A stretch of 42,474 bases of DNA, from NCBI GenBank assembly GCA_044225505.1, contig JBGAIN010000065.1:1-42474 (forward strand). Direction: 5' to 3'. The position numbers and the translations under genes are program-made. Positions 16,545 through 26,602 of the stretch are shown one piece after another. Origin of the DNA: Limisphaerales bacterium (GTDB lineage: Bacteria; Verrucomicrobiota; Verrucomicrobiia; Limisphaerales; SIBE01). Every line of letters begins with the position of its first letter. Position 1 is the stretch's first letter. A model generated the notes under the pieces. It had not been told where the DNA came from, searched no databases, and saw nothing but the letters and a program-made list of their open reading frames with translations.

Positions 16545-18614
16545 ATGAGTCGCACCGGTCTGGCACGAATCCTGGCCTTTCACTCAACGAGCTTCGGTCT
16601 TTTCCTCCTGGCACTGGCGCTCTGGAGCGTTCGAGCGGACACGAACGAGCTCGCCCGACCGGTCCCAGCCCTCCAGGCCATAGCCGTAACGGAAGATCTC
16701 ACCGCGGACGGAGTGCTGGACGAGCCGTTCTGGCAGCGCTGCCCGGTTGGCACCGGCTTCATTGATCACCGTACTCAGACGCTCGCGCAAGAGCAGACAC
16801 TCGTCCGCGTCGCGTACACGCGAACGCATCTTTACATCGCGGTGGAGTGTCTCGATAGCGACATTGGCAAGCTCCGAGCCTCCGAACGACGCGAGGATCG
16901 GGCCTTCACGGGGGATGATTGGGTCGAAGTTCACATGGACCCGCACCATACCCATCGGATGAAATACGCTTTCTTCGCCAATCCGCTAGGCACCCGCGCG
17001 GATGCCAATGAAGGTCCCTCAGGGGTTTTCAATTACGGTTGGTCCGGGGAATGGCAACTCGGCGCCAAAATCCTCGCGGATCGTTGGGTGTTCGAGATGA
17101 AGATCCCTTTCTCCATCTTGAACTATGAGCGACGCAACGGACAGATCTGGGGGTTCAACATCACGCGCCAATTGCGCCGGACGGATGCCTTGACCTTCTG
17201 GAGTTTTAGCAGCACAGACATGTACAAGCCGCGGCACTTCGGTCATCTCACCGGTTTGGACCTCGCGGGAAGTCTCTTCGACCGGAATTGGGAAGTGACG
17301 CCTTACGTCAGCTCACGAACCGATTTTGGCCATGACATCGATACAACTTTCCGCACGGGCGCCGATGTGAGCTTCCGCCTGACGCCGTCGATCACCACGG
17401 CCTTGACCCTGCGGCCCGACTTCGGGCAGGTAGAAGCGGACGACGACACGATAGAGCTCCGGGATACAGAGCGCTTCCTGCCCGAGAAACGCCTCTTCTT
17501 TCGCGAGGGCGACGAGCTGATCCGGATGCCCAACTCACTCTATTACAGCCGCCGCTTCACGGACATTGACGCGGGATTGAACACCAGCGGACAAATCGGG
17601 GGTTATAGCTTCAGCTTTTTGAATGTCTACGGCGACGTGGTGCACGACGGCACGTACCGCGGCGATTCCTCGGTGTTGCGCGTGGTGCAACCGGTCGGAG
17701 ACCGATCGAACATCGGTTATTACGTGGCCGATTCGGAACTGCACGGGGCCCATTCCCGAGTCGTGGCTGCCGACGCTTACTTCTTCTTAACAGACGCTTG
17801 GCGGATCAGCTGGCAAGTCGCCGGGGCGGATGATCGGCTGGCTCCGGGCGCGACGCGAGACAATACCGACTTTTTGGGACAAGCATCGCTCCTTTACGAG
17901 CTTTACCCCTGGCATTTCAACGTGACTTACCGCGGGATCACAGAAGAGTTCAACCCGGTGTTAGGGTTCATTCCGCGGCGCAATATCTTTGGGCCTTCCT
18001 TTGCCGGTGGATACTTCGGCAAATCGGACAAGCGCTGGTACAAGGAGCTAGGGGTCGACTACGAGACTTACTATTTTCTGGATCGGGAGGGCGAGGTCTC
18101 GATCCGCGATCACGGGGTTTACAGTCAGGCCTTGCTGCACAATGACCTGGCGCTGCGCCTGAACCACCAGGAGAATTATCACGCGCCCTACCATAACCGG
18201 CGCACGGGCGCAGGCCTGACGCTCTTTGCGTCGGACTTATGGCGCTCCGCGAGCGTCGGCTGGGGGGGAGGGGTCTTCGAAGACATCAACTACCACGAAG
18301 TTTCACTCGGCAAACCCTTCAAACCGTGGGAACGGCTGCCGATTCGTTACGAGTTCGTGATTCGATTCGAGGACAAACCGGCCCACGTCCATGACGTCGT
18401 CTGGTTGAACCGGATCGTGTTCGATCTCTATTTGACGAAGACGATGTGGATCAAGAGCTCGCTGCAGCATCGCAATAGCGGGGTCCATAACATTAGTGTT
18501 ATCTACGGCTGGGAGTTTCTGCATCGGACATTTGCTTACCTAGTCTTCAACAACGTGGATGACAGCCAGGAAGAGAGCAGCAGCGTCTTCGCGAAACTAA
18601 CGCGGACGTTTTAA
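16545..18614 (+). CDS. CBM9-like/DUF5916-type outer-membrane protein
   Basis: Signal peptide, DGVLDEPFW, NPLG, PDFGQVEAD, PEKRLFFREG, terminal Phe. Confidence 0.8.
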   Translation: MSRTGLARILAFHSTSFGLFLLALALWSVRADTNELARPVPALQAIAVTEDLTADGVLDEPFWQRCPVGTGFIDHRTQTLAQEQTLVRVAYTRTHLYIAVECLDSDIGKLRASERREDRAFTGDDWVEVHMDPHHTHRMKYAFFANPLGTRADANEGPSGVFNYGWSGEWQLGAKILADRWVFEMKIPFSILNYERRNGQIWGFNITRQLRRTDALTFWSFSSTDMYKPRHFGHLTGLDLAGSLFDRNWEVTPYVSSRTDFGHDIDTTFRTGADVSFRLTPSITTALTLRPDFGQVEADDDTIELRDTERFLPEKRLFFREGDELIRMPNSLYYSRRFTDIDAGLNTSGQIGGYSFSFLNVYGDVVHDGTYRGDSSVLRVVQPVGDRSNIGYYVADSELHGAHSRVVAADAYFFLTDAWRISWQVAGADDRLAPGATRDNTDFLGQASLLYELYPWHFNVTYRGITEEFNPVLGFIPRRNIFGPSFAGGYFGKSDKRWYKELGVDYETYYFLDREGEVSIRDHGVYSQALLHNDLALRLNHQENYHAPYHNRRTGAGLTLFASDLWRSASVGWGGGVFEDINYHEVSLGKPFKPWERLPIRYEFVIRFEDKPAHVHDVVWLNRIVFDLYLTKTMWIKSSLQHRNSGVHNISVIYGWEFLHRTFAYLVFNNVDDSQEESSSVFAKLTRTF

Positions 18615-18763
18615 GAGGGAGATTTCGCACCGGAGAAGCCCCGGCGTGATTCTTGGATAGCGCTCACAAGCCATCTATTAACCTTAGCAGTCAGACTGGA
18701 ACATCGCCGCCACCGGGTCGCTTGACCCCACGGTCGAACGCCCCCCCATAGTTAATCGGAGGT

Positions 18764-19813
18764 TTATCTTGCTCGCTTGGTTTTGGAAGACGCGCGCCGA
18801 CGCGGATTGAGGTAAGGTTCTGGATCCACTTCGATCCGGCGGCATAACTCCATGAACGCTTCTCGTCTCGCTTCCGGCGACGGAGTGTTGAATCGCAAAA
18901 AGAATGGGCGCTGATCCCAATCAAAGCGGCTGGAGGCTTTGCCATGCAGATAGGTCAACATCGCCGCAAAATGCACAGCGATCCCTCCCTCGCGAGCCAG
19001 GGTGCCATGAAACAAAGCCGCCATCACTTTCGGTGGATGCAATGATTCCGCTTCGCTCAAGGCCTCCGAAAGTCCGCCGTAGAATTCGGCCGTCTCCAAA
19101 GCCCGAACCAGCGACTTGACGCGCTGTGGATTCGAAACCAAGTCCGGCGCAAAGCGCACCACGGCCATCCGAAGAGCCGAATCCGAACTCTGACTGGCAG
19201 CGCGTAAAGCCTTCCGCGCTCGTTCGCTATCCAACGCGGCTAATGCTTCGATATCGCGCCAGTCGCTCGGCGGGCGTCGCGTGAGCAGTTGCTCGATCTG
19301 CCTTCGTTCCGCGGGAGAGGCCTGACGTAAACAATCCAAGTCATACCCGATTCCTTCGTGCCATTTCTCGTAATCGATGTTCATGCTGCGTTCGAATCGA
19401 GCCACCGCGCATTCAGACTCGACCGCAGGTGGCAAACTCGACGGCAAGGGCGCCACGGGAGGCACCGGTCGAAATCCTGAGGATCGATTCACAGCGTCTC
19501 GGATTGCGTTCATGTCCAGCTCGGGCGGTGGCGGCAAGGGAGCTTCGATGACAAAATAGAATCCCTTCGCGTCCGTGAACTCACCCGAGTAACTCGAACT
19601 GTTGTAATCGCGGAACCTCAGCCCTCCCCCCTCGGCCCGCGGACGCGTTGAAACGGGCCGCGCCAACTTTGCGTAAGCGCCCGCAGGCGGAGCGGGAAAA
19701 CTGTGGCCAATCTCGAGAATATCGTTGCCGGCGGAAAGTTCCGCGTCCACCAACGCCCGCAAGAGAGGTGGGAACGCTTCGAGTTCGCGGCGATGCTCGT
19801 CTGGGACGTTCAT
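18764..19813 (-). CDS. Hypothetical protein with a helical (HEAT-like) C-terminal region
   Basis: 349-aa ORF with a Pro-rich linker and amphipathic helices. Confidence 0.7.
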   Translation of the reverse strand: MNVPDEHRRELEAFPPLLRALVDAELSAGNDILEIGHSFPAPPAGAYAKLARPVSTRPRAEGGGLRFRDYNSSSYSGEFTDAKGFYFVIEAPLPPPPELDMNAIRDAVNRSSGFRPVPPVAPLPSSLPPAVESECAVARFERSMNIDYEKWHEGIGYDLDCLRQASPAERRQIEQLLTRRPPSDWRDIEALAALDSERARKALRAASQSSDSALRMAVVRFAPDLVSNPQRVKSLVRALETAEFYGGLSEALSEAESLHPPKVMAALFHGTLAREGGIAVHFAAMLTYLHGKASSRFDWDQRPFFLRFNTPSPEARREAFMELCRRIEVDPEPYLNPRRRASSKTKRAR

Positions 19814-19878
19814 GAGGTTTCAGCTAAAGTGCTTGTTCGTGTCATTGACTCCGTCCGAGCCATTCCTGAGGTATGCGT

Positions 19879-20115
19879 TCAGCGGCGGAAGGACGACCAA
19901 ATCCCGCCCACGATGCCTAGCGCGACCGCGAGCACGATCCCAAACCCAAAAGCCAACGGGACCACGATGAACGGAAGGACCATCAAGAGTCGCTCCAGAA
20001 GCTCCACGTCGCGCCCGACACCGGAGTTATGACGCGCACAAAACCAGAAAACCAGGGCGCTGATTAGCAGCAACACCGATTCTGGGCCCAGGATAAACGA
20101 GACAAGGCGACTCAT
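19879..20115 (-). CDS. Small membrane protein
   Basis: 78 aa, mostly hydrophobic. 4-nt overlap with the upstream ORF. Confidence 0.55.
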   Translation of the reverse strand: MSRLVSFILGPESVLLLISALVFWFCARHNSGVGRDVELLERLLMVLPFIVVPLAFGFGIVLAVALGIVGGIWSSFRR

Positions 20116-20546
20116 GGCGCGAACGTCCCACGAGGAGGTTCTCCCGCATTCCCACCGCCTTTGGCCTGGCTGGCCGGTGGCGTTGCCTTCGGCTCATTCA
20201 ACGTCCGCGCGGTCGAAGGACTGCTCAGGCAAAGCCAATAGAACACCAGCCAGGCTCCGAAGTAAGCGAGCCCGCACCCTCCGGTGAACACGCTCTCTTT
20301 CATCAACCAAAGGCAGCTGGCAACTAATGGCAGAACGACTAACGCCGTGGCGTGCAAAAGCAACTTTTGCGTCGGACAGAAGAGGGTCGCCAGAATCAAC
20401 CCGCCTACCAGCAATGGGACGCCCACGACCAGCGCGCCGAGCTCGGAGGCGCCGAACGATCGGCGGAAACTGTTGCCCACCAGGGCGAGCAGGAAATATC
20501 CAACCACCAGGATCGCGGTGATAACAACTAAAACCCAGCGCAACAC
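20112..20546 (-). CDS. Membrane protein (about 4 TM)
   Basis: Four hydrophobic segments. Start uncertain. Confidence 0.65.
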   Translation of the reverse strand: MLRWVLVVITAILVVGYFLLALVGNSFRRSFGASELGALVVGVPLLVGGLILATLFCPTQKLLLHATALVVLPLVASCLWLMKESVFTGGCGLAYFGAWLVFYWLCLSSPSTARTLNEPKATPPASQAKGGGNAGEPPRGTFAP

Positions 20547-20848
20547 TGGTTGTTCAGCAGATTTGGTTCATTTTGTCCGTCGACCCGCCACGGGTGAAGG
20601 TCGTCCCGACCGGTTTTTCGTAGCACGACTCCCGGCCGGTCGCCAATCCTAATTTGTCACGATGGACGACTCTGGATTGAACCGGCCGTTCTCCTTTAGC
20701 CAAGCGGCGACTGGCACACCAACGCCCGCTCAGACCACTGAATTTCCCCCTCGCCAGAGTCGCGCGGAGTTGTTAAGCAATGGGCAACACCGTTAATCAC
20801 TAGTAACACCGCGCCACGGTCGTGCCGTGGACGATCCTGTTGTAAACT

Positions 20849-23800
20849 ATGAAACTCAAGTTCCGCACGGCGGTTTCGCTTGTCGCTTGTCTTGCCTCGA
20901 CTTACCTGGGTCCGCTTCCGTCTTGGGGTCGGGTGGTCGATAATTTCGATTCCAACACCAAGACGGATTGGGAGGATTTCAGTTTTGGGGCGGGTCAAAG
21001 TACGGTGGCCAACGGCCGATTCACCTTCCAGATACCAGCCGCGGGCCAGGCCATCTTCTTCGCCAGCACCAAGAAGTCCGAGACATTTACCTTACAGGAC
21101 GGACGGACGATTGAGTTTCGCGTGGACCTGGTGAGCGGGAATAGCAAAGACTCATTCGCCATCCTCTCGTGGATACCGACGTCGGCCTCTGTCTCCAGCC
21201 TGGCAGGTTACTCCGTCGCAAAATCGACGACGGATATCCTCGTCACCAAGGGCATCAACAAATACTTCTACAACGAGAACCCAACCCCAGAGATCAAGAA
21301 TGATAACGTGACCCTCGTCCTGTCGCTGACGGCTTCCGGAACGAGTGTAATCATCAACACCAAGGTTCTGGATAAAGACAACAACAACGCCGTGCTCTTT
21401 GACAAAACCTTCGTTGATACGCCTGCCGCGGACATCCTCAGCGACGGCACCGATAGCCCAGCGGCCGCGTATTTGGGGGCAGGTAACTTCGTATTGATGG
21501 AGTATGAGGATTTCGACGCCAGTGGACCCGATGTCTACGAAGTCGTGTTGGACAACGCGCAAGCCTTTGTGCTCGACCACGCGACTCTCGATGACTTTAA
21601 CGACAACACCAAATCTGATTGGCAAGATTTTTCGTTTGGCGTCGGTCAAAGCACCGAGGCCAACGGCCAGTTTAAGTTCGAAATTCCAGCCGCAGGCCAA
21701 GCCTTGTTCTTCGCGAGTACCAAGACATCGCAAACCTATGAAGTTTCCGACGGACAGAAGCTCGAACTCAGCGTCGATCTGATCAGCGGCAATGGCAAAG
21801 ATTCCTTCGCCATTCTATCGTGGATCCCGACAACAGCGTCGGTCTCCGCGCTGGCTGGCTATTCCATCGCCAAGTCAACGACCGATATTCTCGTCACCAA
21901 AGGGATCAACAAGTATTTCTACAACGAGAACCCGACCCCCGCGATCAAGAACGAGAATGTCACGTTGGTCTTAACTCTCACGGGCCAAGGCAGCAATGTG
22001 ATCGTCGAAACCAAGGTTCTCGACAAAGAAAACAATAATGCCGTTTTGTTCGACAAAACGTTCATTGACACTCCCGCTGCGGACATTCTGAGCGATGGCA
22101 AGGACGATCCAGCAGCGCCCTATCTCGGGCGGGGCAATTTTGTTTTGATGGAATACGAAGATTTTGATGCGGGTGGACCCGAAGTTTACGAAGTAATTTT
22201 AGACAACGCCCGGGTGGCCGCGCCGCCAACGACCGGCAATACGCCGCCGGTTTGGACGGAAATTCAGCCGGAAGATTTTGCCAACTTCCTGCCGGCCTCG
22301 ACGACGATTTCGTTTAAAGTCACGGACGACAAAGCGCTTGTCGATGGCGCGATTACGTTATCGCTCAACGGCACGACCTACACATCCACGAACGGGTTGG
22401 TCCTCGGAGGTTCCGCCACCGCGCGAACAGGCACTTGGACCGGCTTGCTCCCCGATACGAACTACGAAGCGACGTTTCGGGTCGTTGATGCCGACGGTGT
22501 CACGAACGCGACTACGCGCTACTTTGACACGTTCCAGTCGAGCCGTTATGTGATCGAAGCGGAAGACTACAACTTTGGCTCGGGCCAGTTTATCGACAAT
22601 CCAGCACCCGCTGGGTATCGCGGTCAAGTTGGGGTGGCGGAAGTGGATTTTCATGACAGCCGGGTTACCGGTGACAATTTCCCCTATCGCTCCGATGATC
22701 CGGTAGGCACCAAGGTGACGTTGGACTTTGCCCGCCAGAAGTTCTCCGCCGCAGGTGGAGCAGCGAGTGATATCTTTGATTATGACATCGGCGAGATGGC
22801 GGCCGGCGATTTTGTGAACTACACCCGGACGTTTCCCGCCGGTTCCTATGAGGTTTACCTGCGAGAGTCTCTTTTCAACGTTCTTCATGGTGAAGCTCTC
22901 CTTGAGTTGGTGACCAGTGACCCGGCCCAACCGAATCAAACCACCACTGTCCTCGGTTCGTTCCTCGGCTTCAACTCCGGGAGCAAGTTCCGCAACGTTC
23001 CCCTGACCGACGCGCTCGGGCAGTCCAAGGTCGTGGTTAAGCTTTCGGGAAAACAAACGCTACGCCTTCGGCAAGTCACACCAGAGCCTGATGACGGCGA
23101 TATCTTTCAAAACTACTTGATCTTCATCCCTTCCGAAGACGTCGGCAAACAAAGGGCGGCAGTCAGCAGCGTGACACCAGCAGCGGGATCAGTCCTGGAA
23201 AGCCTTTTTCCTGTCATTACCGCGACGCTCCAGAACCATGACACGTCGGTAAAGACCAACACCATCGTTCTCCAGGTCAACGGAACAGTCGTCGCACCGG
23301 CCCTTACCAACACAACCACAGAAACGACGGTCACCTATAAGTTATCTCCCTTGCCGGCATCCAACTCCACCAACGACGTCCAACTGGTCTTCAGCGATAA
23401 CGAAGATGTGCTGCAGACGAACCGCTGGAGCTTTGTCCTGACTTACAAATCTCTGCTGGCGTCCAATCGCCGCGCTGGACCTGGCACCGATCCGGGATTC
23501 AATGTGCACGTGGTGCAAGCGCCTCAGGGAACTGAAGGTCTGGAGAACAGTCTTGGGCGCGCGGAAGATCAACTCAGCGCCAACTCCAAGATCCCGGCAT
23601 TCTATTCAACCAACGACATTGTCTCAGTCATTAACTTCTCGGACAAAGGACCGGACAGTACCGATGGATATTTCCCGGGCGACGCCCTCATCCCAGGCCT
23701 GCAACCCGACGTGAACGGAACGGATGACATCGCCATGGAGGTCAAGACCTACCTCGAACTTACGGCTGGCATTCACCGGTTTGGCGTTCGCTGTGATGAC

Positions 23801-24280
23801 GGTTACAAACTAGTCGCTGGCACTTCTTTGACCGACAACACAACCCCTGCCCTTGCCTTTCATAACGGCGGGCCGGCGGATGAAACCGTCGACTTCATGG
23901 TTCCTCAAACTGGGCTCTATCCGTTCCGCCTGGTTTGGTATGAACGCGGCGGAGCAGCTCACGTGGAATGGTTCTCCGTCAACCTGGATACAGAAGAGAA
24001 GACGTTGATCAACGACCTGAGCGTTCCGACAGCTGTCAAAGCGTTCGTCTCCGTCCCAGCCAGCGCCGAAATCCAAGTCGAATCGATCTCCAAGATCACG
24101 GATCCGTTTGCCGCAAGTGGCAGCGCGACGATTGATACGGCTGCGCAAACGATCACCATCCCGATCGTGGGGACAAGCGGATTCTTCCGCTTGCGCCAGT
24201 CTGGCGCGCGCGCGGTCATCACCGGGTTCAAGATTGTCGGAACCAACCTCGTTCTGACCTATACGCTCGCGCCCCTGTAG
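20849..24280 (+). CDS. Large secreted multidomain protein (tandem ~215-aa repeat, CBM-like and PA14-like regions)
   Basis: Signal peptide and duplicated domain; IEAEDYN; GIHRFGVRCDDG..YPFRLVWYERGG (PA14-like); C-terminal GFFRLR. Confidence 0.85.
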   Translation: MKLKFRTAVSLVACLASTYLGPLPSWGRVVDNFDSNTKTDWEDFSFGAGQSTVANGRFTFQIPAAGQAIFFASTKKSETFTLQDGRTIEFRVDLVSGNSKDSFAILSWIPTSASVSSLAGYSVAKSTTDILVTKGINKYFYNENPTPEIKNDNVTLVLSLTASGTSVIINTKVLDKDNNNAVLFDKTFVDTPAADILSDGTDSPAAAYLGAGNFVLMEYEDFDASGPDVYEVVLDNAQAFVLDHATLDDFNDNTKSDWQDFSFGVGQSTEANGQFKFEIPAAGQALFFASTKTSQTYEVSDGQKLELSVDLISGNGKDSFAILSWIPTTASVSALAGYSIAKSTTDILVTKGINKYFYNENPTPAIKNENVTLVLTLTGQGSNVIVETKVLDKENNNAVLFDKTFIDTPAADILSDGKDDPAAPYLGRGNFVLMEYEDFDAGGPEVYEVILDNARVAAPPTTGNTPPVWTEIQPEDFANFLPASTTISFKVTDDKALVDGAITLSLNGTTYTSTNGLVLGGSATARTGTWTGLLPDTNYEATFRVVDADGVTNATTRYFDTFQSSRYVIEAEDYNFGSGQFIDNPAPAGYRGQVGVAEVDFHDSRVTGDNFPYRSDDPVGTKVTLDFARQKFSAAGGAASDIFDYDIGEMAAGDFVNYTRTFPAGSYEVYLRESLFNVLHGEALLELVTSDPAQPNQTTTVLGSFLGFNSGSKFRNVPLTDALGQSKVVVKLSGKQTLRLRQVTPEPDDGDIFQNYLIFIPSEDVGKQRAAVSSVTPAAGSVLESLFPVITATLQNHDTSVKTNTIVLQVNGTVVAPALTNTTTETTVTYKLSPLPASNSTNDVQLVFSDNEDVLQTNRWSFVLTYKSLLASNRRAGPGTDPGFNVHVVQAPQGTEGLENSLGRAEDQLSANSKIPAFYSTNDIVSVINFSDKGPDSTDGYFPGDALIPGLQPDVNGTDDIAMEVKTYLELTAGIHRFGVRCDDGYKLVAGTSLTDNTTPALAFHNGGPADETVDFMVPQTGLYPFRLVWYERGGAAHVEWFSVNLDTEEKTLINDLSVPTAVKAFVSVPASAEIQVESISKITDPFAASGSATIDTAAQTITIPIVGTSGFFRLRQSGARAVITGFKIVGTNLVLTYTLAPL

Positions 24281-24313
24281 GCCACCACCCAAAAGCGCGG
24301 CATTTCAAACTGC

Positions 24314-25027
24314 CTACTGGGCAGCGTCGGGACGCGTCAGGCCTGCTGGCTTGACGCGCCAAACTCCGTTCCGCTCGACGAGGAGGCGGTGGCGGCGGAA
24401 GGAGCTCCCGTCCGGGCGTTCGTATTCCAAAGTAAGCCGGACTTCGTTGGTGCTGAGCTGCGTTTGTTCGACAATGCGATACCCGACCTCGTTGCCCATG
24501 CCTTCACCCAAGTCGATGGAGTAACGCGCGTCCGGGGAATCAAAGTCGTCCGGCACATCCCAGATCGTTTTCATGCGCGTCTCGGTCAAGGGTTCGCGTT
24601 GCTGATTGCGCATCACGTAGTTGAACGTCGCTAGTCCGGCCGTCGGTGTCGCGTTTCCGGCGTTGGTGATCGCGCTGAAGTATTGAAATCCTGGTTGCGC
24701 CGAAGGTTTCAGTCCACTGTGCACTAGGTCCCAATCCTGGGCACTCTCGTCCGGGTCAAATCTTGGCCGCTGGGCATCCCTCAGCTCGCGACGCAACGCG
24801 CCGACTTCGCTCCGCAGGCGAATCAGTTCCGCTGGCACGCGCTCTTGTTCCCTCGTCTTCTCGCGGCGCGTTGAGTCAGACGGAGACGGTGCACTCATTC
24901 GATGGCCCGTTTCACGCGCCATGACTCGAACTTCCTCCAACGCTCGATGCTGATATACAAGAATGGAAATCCCGGCCAATAGTATCGCGGCCAAGCCAAT
25001 CCAGAAACCTCGGGATGGCGAGATCAT
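24314..25027 (-). CDS. Membrane-anchored protein paralogous to the C-terminal extension of the upstream ECF sigma factor
   Basis: N-terminal TM, coiled coil and AGNATP motif shared with the sigma factor. ATGA overlap. Confidence 0.75.
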   Translation of the reverse strand: MISPSRGFWIGLAAILLAGISILVYQHRALEEVRVMARETGHRMSAPSPSDSTRREKTREQERVPAELIRLRSEVGALRRELRDAQRPRFDPDESAQDWDLVHSGLKPSAQPGFQYFSAITNAGNATPTAGLATFNYVMRNQQREPLTETRMKTIWDVPDDFDSPDARYSIDLGEGMGNEVGYRIVEQTQLSTNEVRLTLEYERPDGSSFRRHRLLVERNGVWRVKPAGLTRPDAAQ

Positions 25028-26526
25028 TGAATCTCCTTCCAGCCGGTGCGAGTCAAACCAAACGTAAGATGTTCCGTGTTGGTTTGGTGTCCTCGGACGA
25101 TGTGCAGCACGAGCTGAATCCGACGCTCGTCCAGAGTTGCACGTTCGGTAATCTCCACGGTCGCCTGATTGGCGGGAGCTTCTGGGATCTTGAGCGATTC
25201 TTCCGGGGCCGACGCAACGCCCTGGGCATCAATTCTGACGACGGATTGCCGGACGACCCCAGACATTTGCGCCACCATCTCCTGAGAGAGCTCCTGGCGC
25301 TGCTCGGGAATCGATAAGATTTCGCTCCACTGTTGCGCTTTCTCTGGTGAGAGCAACATCAAGCTGGACGCCCCGTCTACATCCCCGTCGCGACGATAAG
25401 CAAGGATGGATTGAAGTGCGGCCTCGGGCGTGGCGTTTCCCGCATAGTGCAAGTCCGCAATCGCCGCCGAAACGCCTGGACGGAGAAGGACGGTGCCAGG
25501 CGCCGGCCCGCTGGCGTCTGAGGGTGCAGCCACGCGCGCGCGGCGCGCCGCCAATTGCTGCCGCAAAGCGTCACCCTCATGCTGCAAGCGAGTCAGCTCC
25601 TCCGCGGCGGATTCACGGGCTCTTCCCGAGCCCGGACGGGTCAGGACTTGGACGGTGTCTGGCTCAGCGACTGCGGGTGTCCCAGCGAGAGTAGCTCGGG
25701 CCGAGGCCAGGGCGGATTGCTGAACGGAAACCGGAACGGCAAGTCCGGCAGCCAAAGCTAAGAGCACGGCAACTTGTGTTTTAGTCATAGCGAGAGCAGA
25801 AAGAAACGTGATCGAACCAGGAGCAACGGCCGTCGACGTTGCGACGGATGCCGCTAAAAGCGAGGCCTTCACAATGCCAGCAGACAACGCCAACGGAGCG
25901 GCCTCAATGGTCTTGGCCGAGAGGATGGCCGCCAGCGCCGGAGCACTCACGCCGACTGGCAGAACTGTGCCGCGCGCCACGAATCGGTCCCGCAGTCGGT
26001 CCAACGCGCGCCGAACCCTTTTCTGGGCGGCTTCCTCACTGATGCCTAAACGCTGACCAATTTCGCGGGCCGATTTACGTTCGAAAAACCGCAGGAGAAG
26101 CGCGTCTCGGTCCGGGTTGGGCAACTCTCCCAGTGCGCCGTCCAAATGCGGAGCGATTTGTTCCCAGGCTGCCGCGGCATCGTCGTCCGAAACCTCATGC
26201 ATAGCAACCGCCTCCTTCTCCCGAGCACGGCGTCGAACTTCCGTCCGAACGGTTTTCGCCGCCAGATTGCGGGTCGTCAGATGGAGCCACGCGGAAAGCG
26301 CTGCCCCTTGGGCCACTTTAGTCGCCACAAGTCCCGCTTGTTGGGCCAATGCCACAAAGACCGCTTGGCTGACGTCCTGCGCCAGGTGTGGGTCCGCCAC
26401 GAGGCGCATCGCCGTAGAATAAACCAAATCGAGGTAGCGTCGGACCAATTCGCCAAAACTGGCTTCGCTTTGCCTTTGGGCAAAGTCGCACAGCAGATCC
26501 AGCTCAGAGATCTCGGTCACCAACAC
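25024..26526 (-). CDS. ECF sigma-70 factor with a long C-terminal TM/extracytoplasmic extension
   Basis: FGELVRRY, AQDVSQAVF, WL (region 2); LLLRFFE..EIGQRLGISEEAAQKRVRRAL (region 4); about 310-aa extension. Confidence 0.9.
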   Translation of the reverse strand: MLVTEISELDLLCDFAQRQSEASFGELVRRYLDLVYSTAMRLVADPHLAQDVSQAVFVALAQQAGLVATKVAQGAALSAWLHLTTRNLAAKTVRTEVRRRAREKEAVAMHEVSDDDAAAAWEQIAPHLDGALGELPNPDRDALLLRFFERKSAREIGQRLGISEEAAQKRVRRALDRLRDRFVARGTVLPVGVSAPALAAILSAKTIEAAPLALSAGIVKASLLAASVATSTAVAPGSITFLSALAMTKTQVAVLLALAAGLAVPVSVQQSALASARATLAGTPAVAEPDTVQVLTRPGSGRARESAAEELTRLQHEGDALRQQLAARRARVAAPSDASGPAPGTVLLRPGVSAAIADLHYAGNATPEAALQSILAYRRDGDVDGASSLMLLSPEKAQQWSEILSIPEQRQELSQEMVAQMSGVVRQSVVRIDAQGVASAPEESLKIPEAPANQATVEITERATLDERRIQLVLHIVRGHQTNTEHLTFGLTRTGWKEIQ

Positions 26527-26602
26527 ATGTTACCCGGCATCGCCGAATCCGGACAAGGCGACGCATCCGGATGGCTGGAAATCCCGGAGGGAGAGCGATG
26601 CT

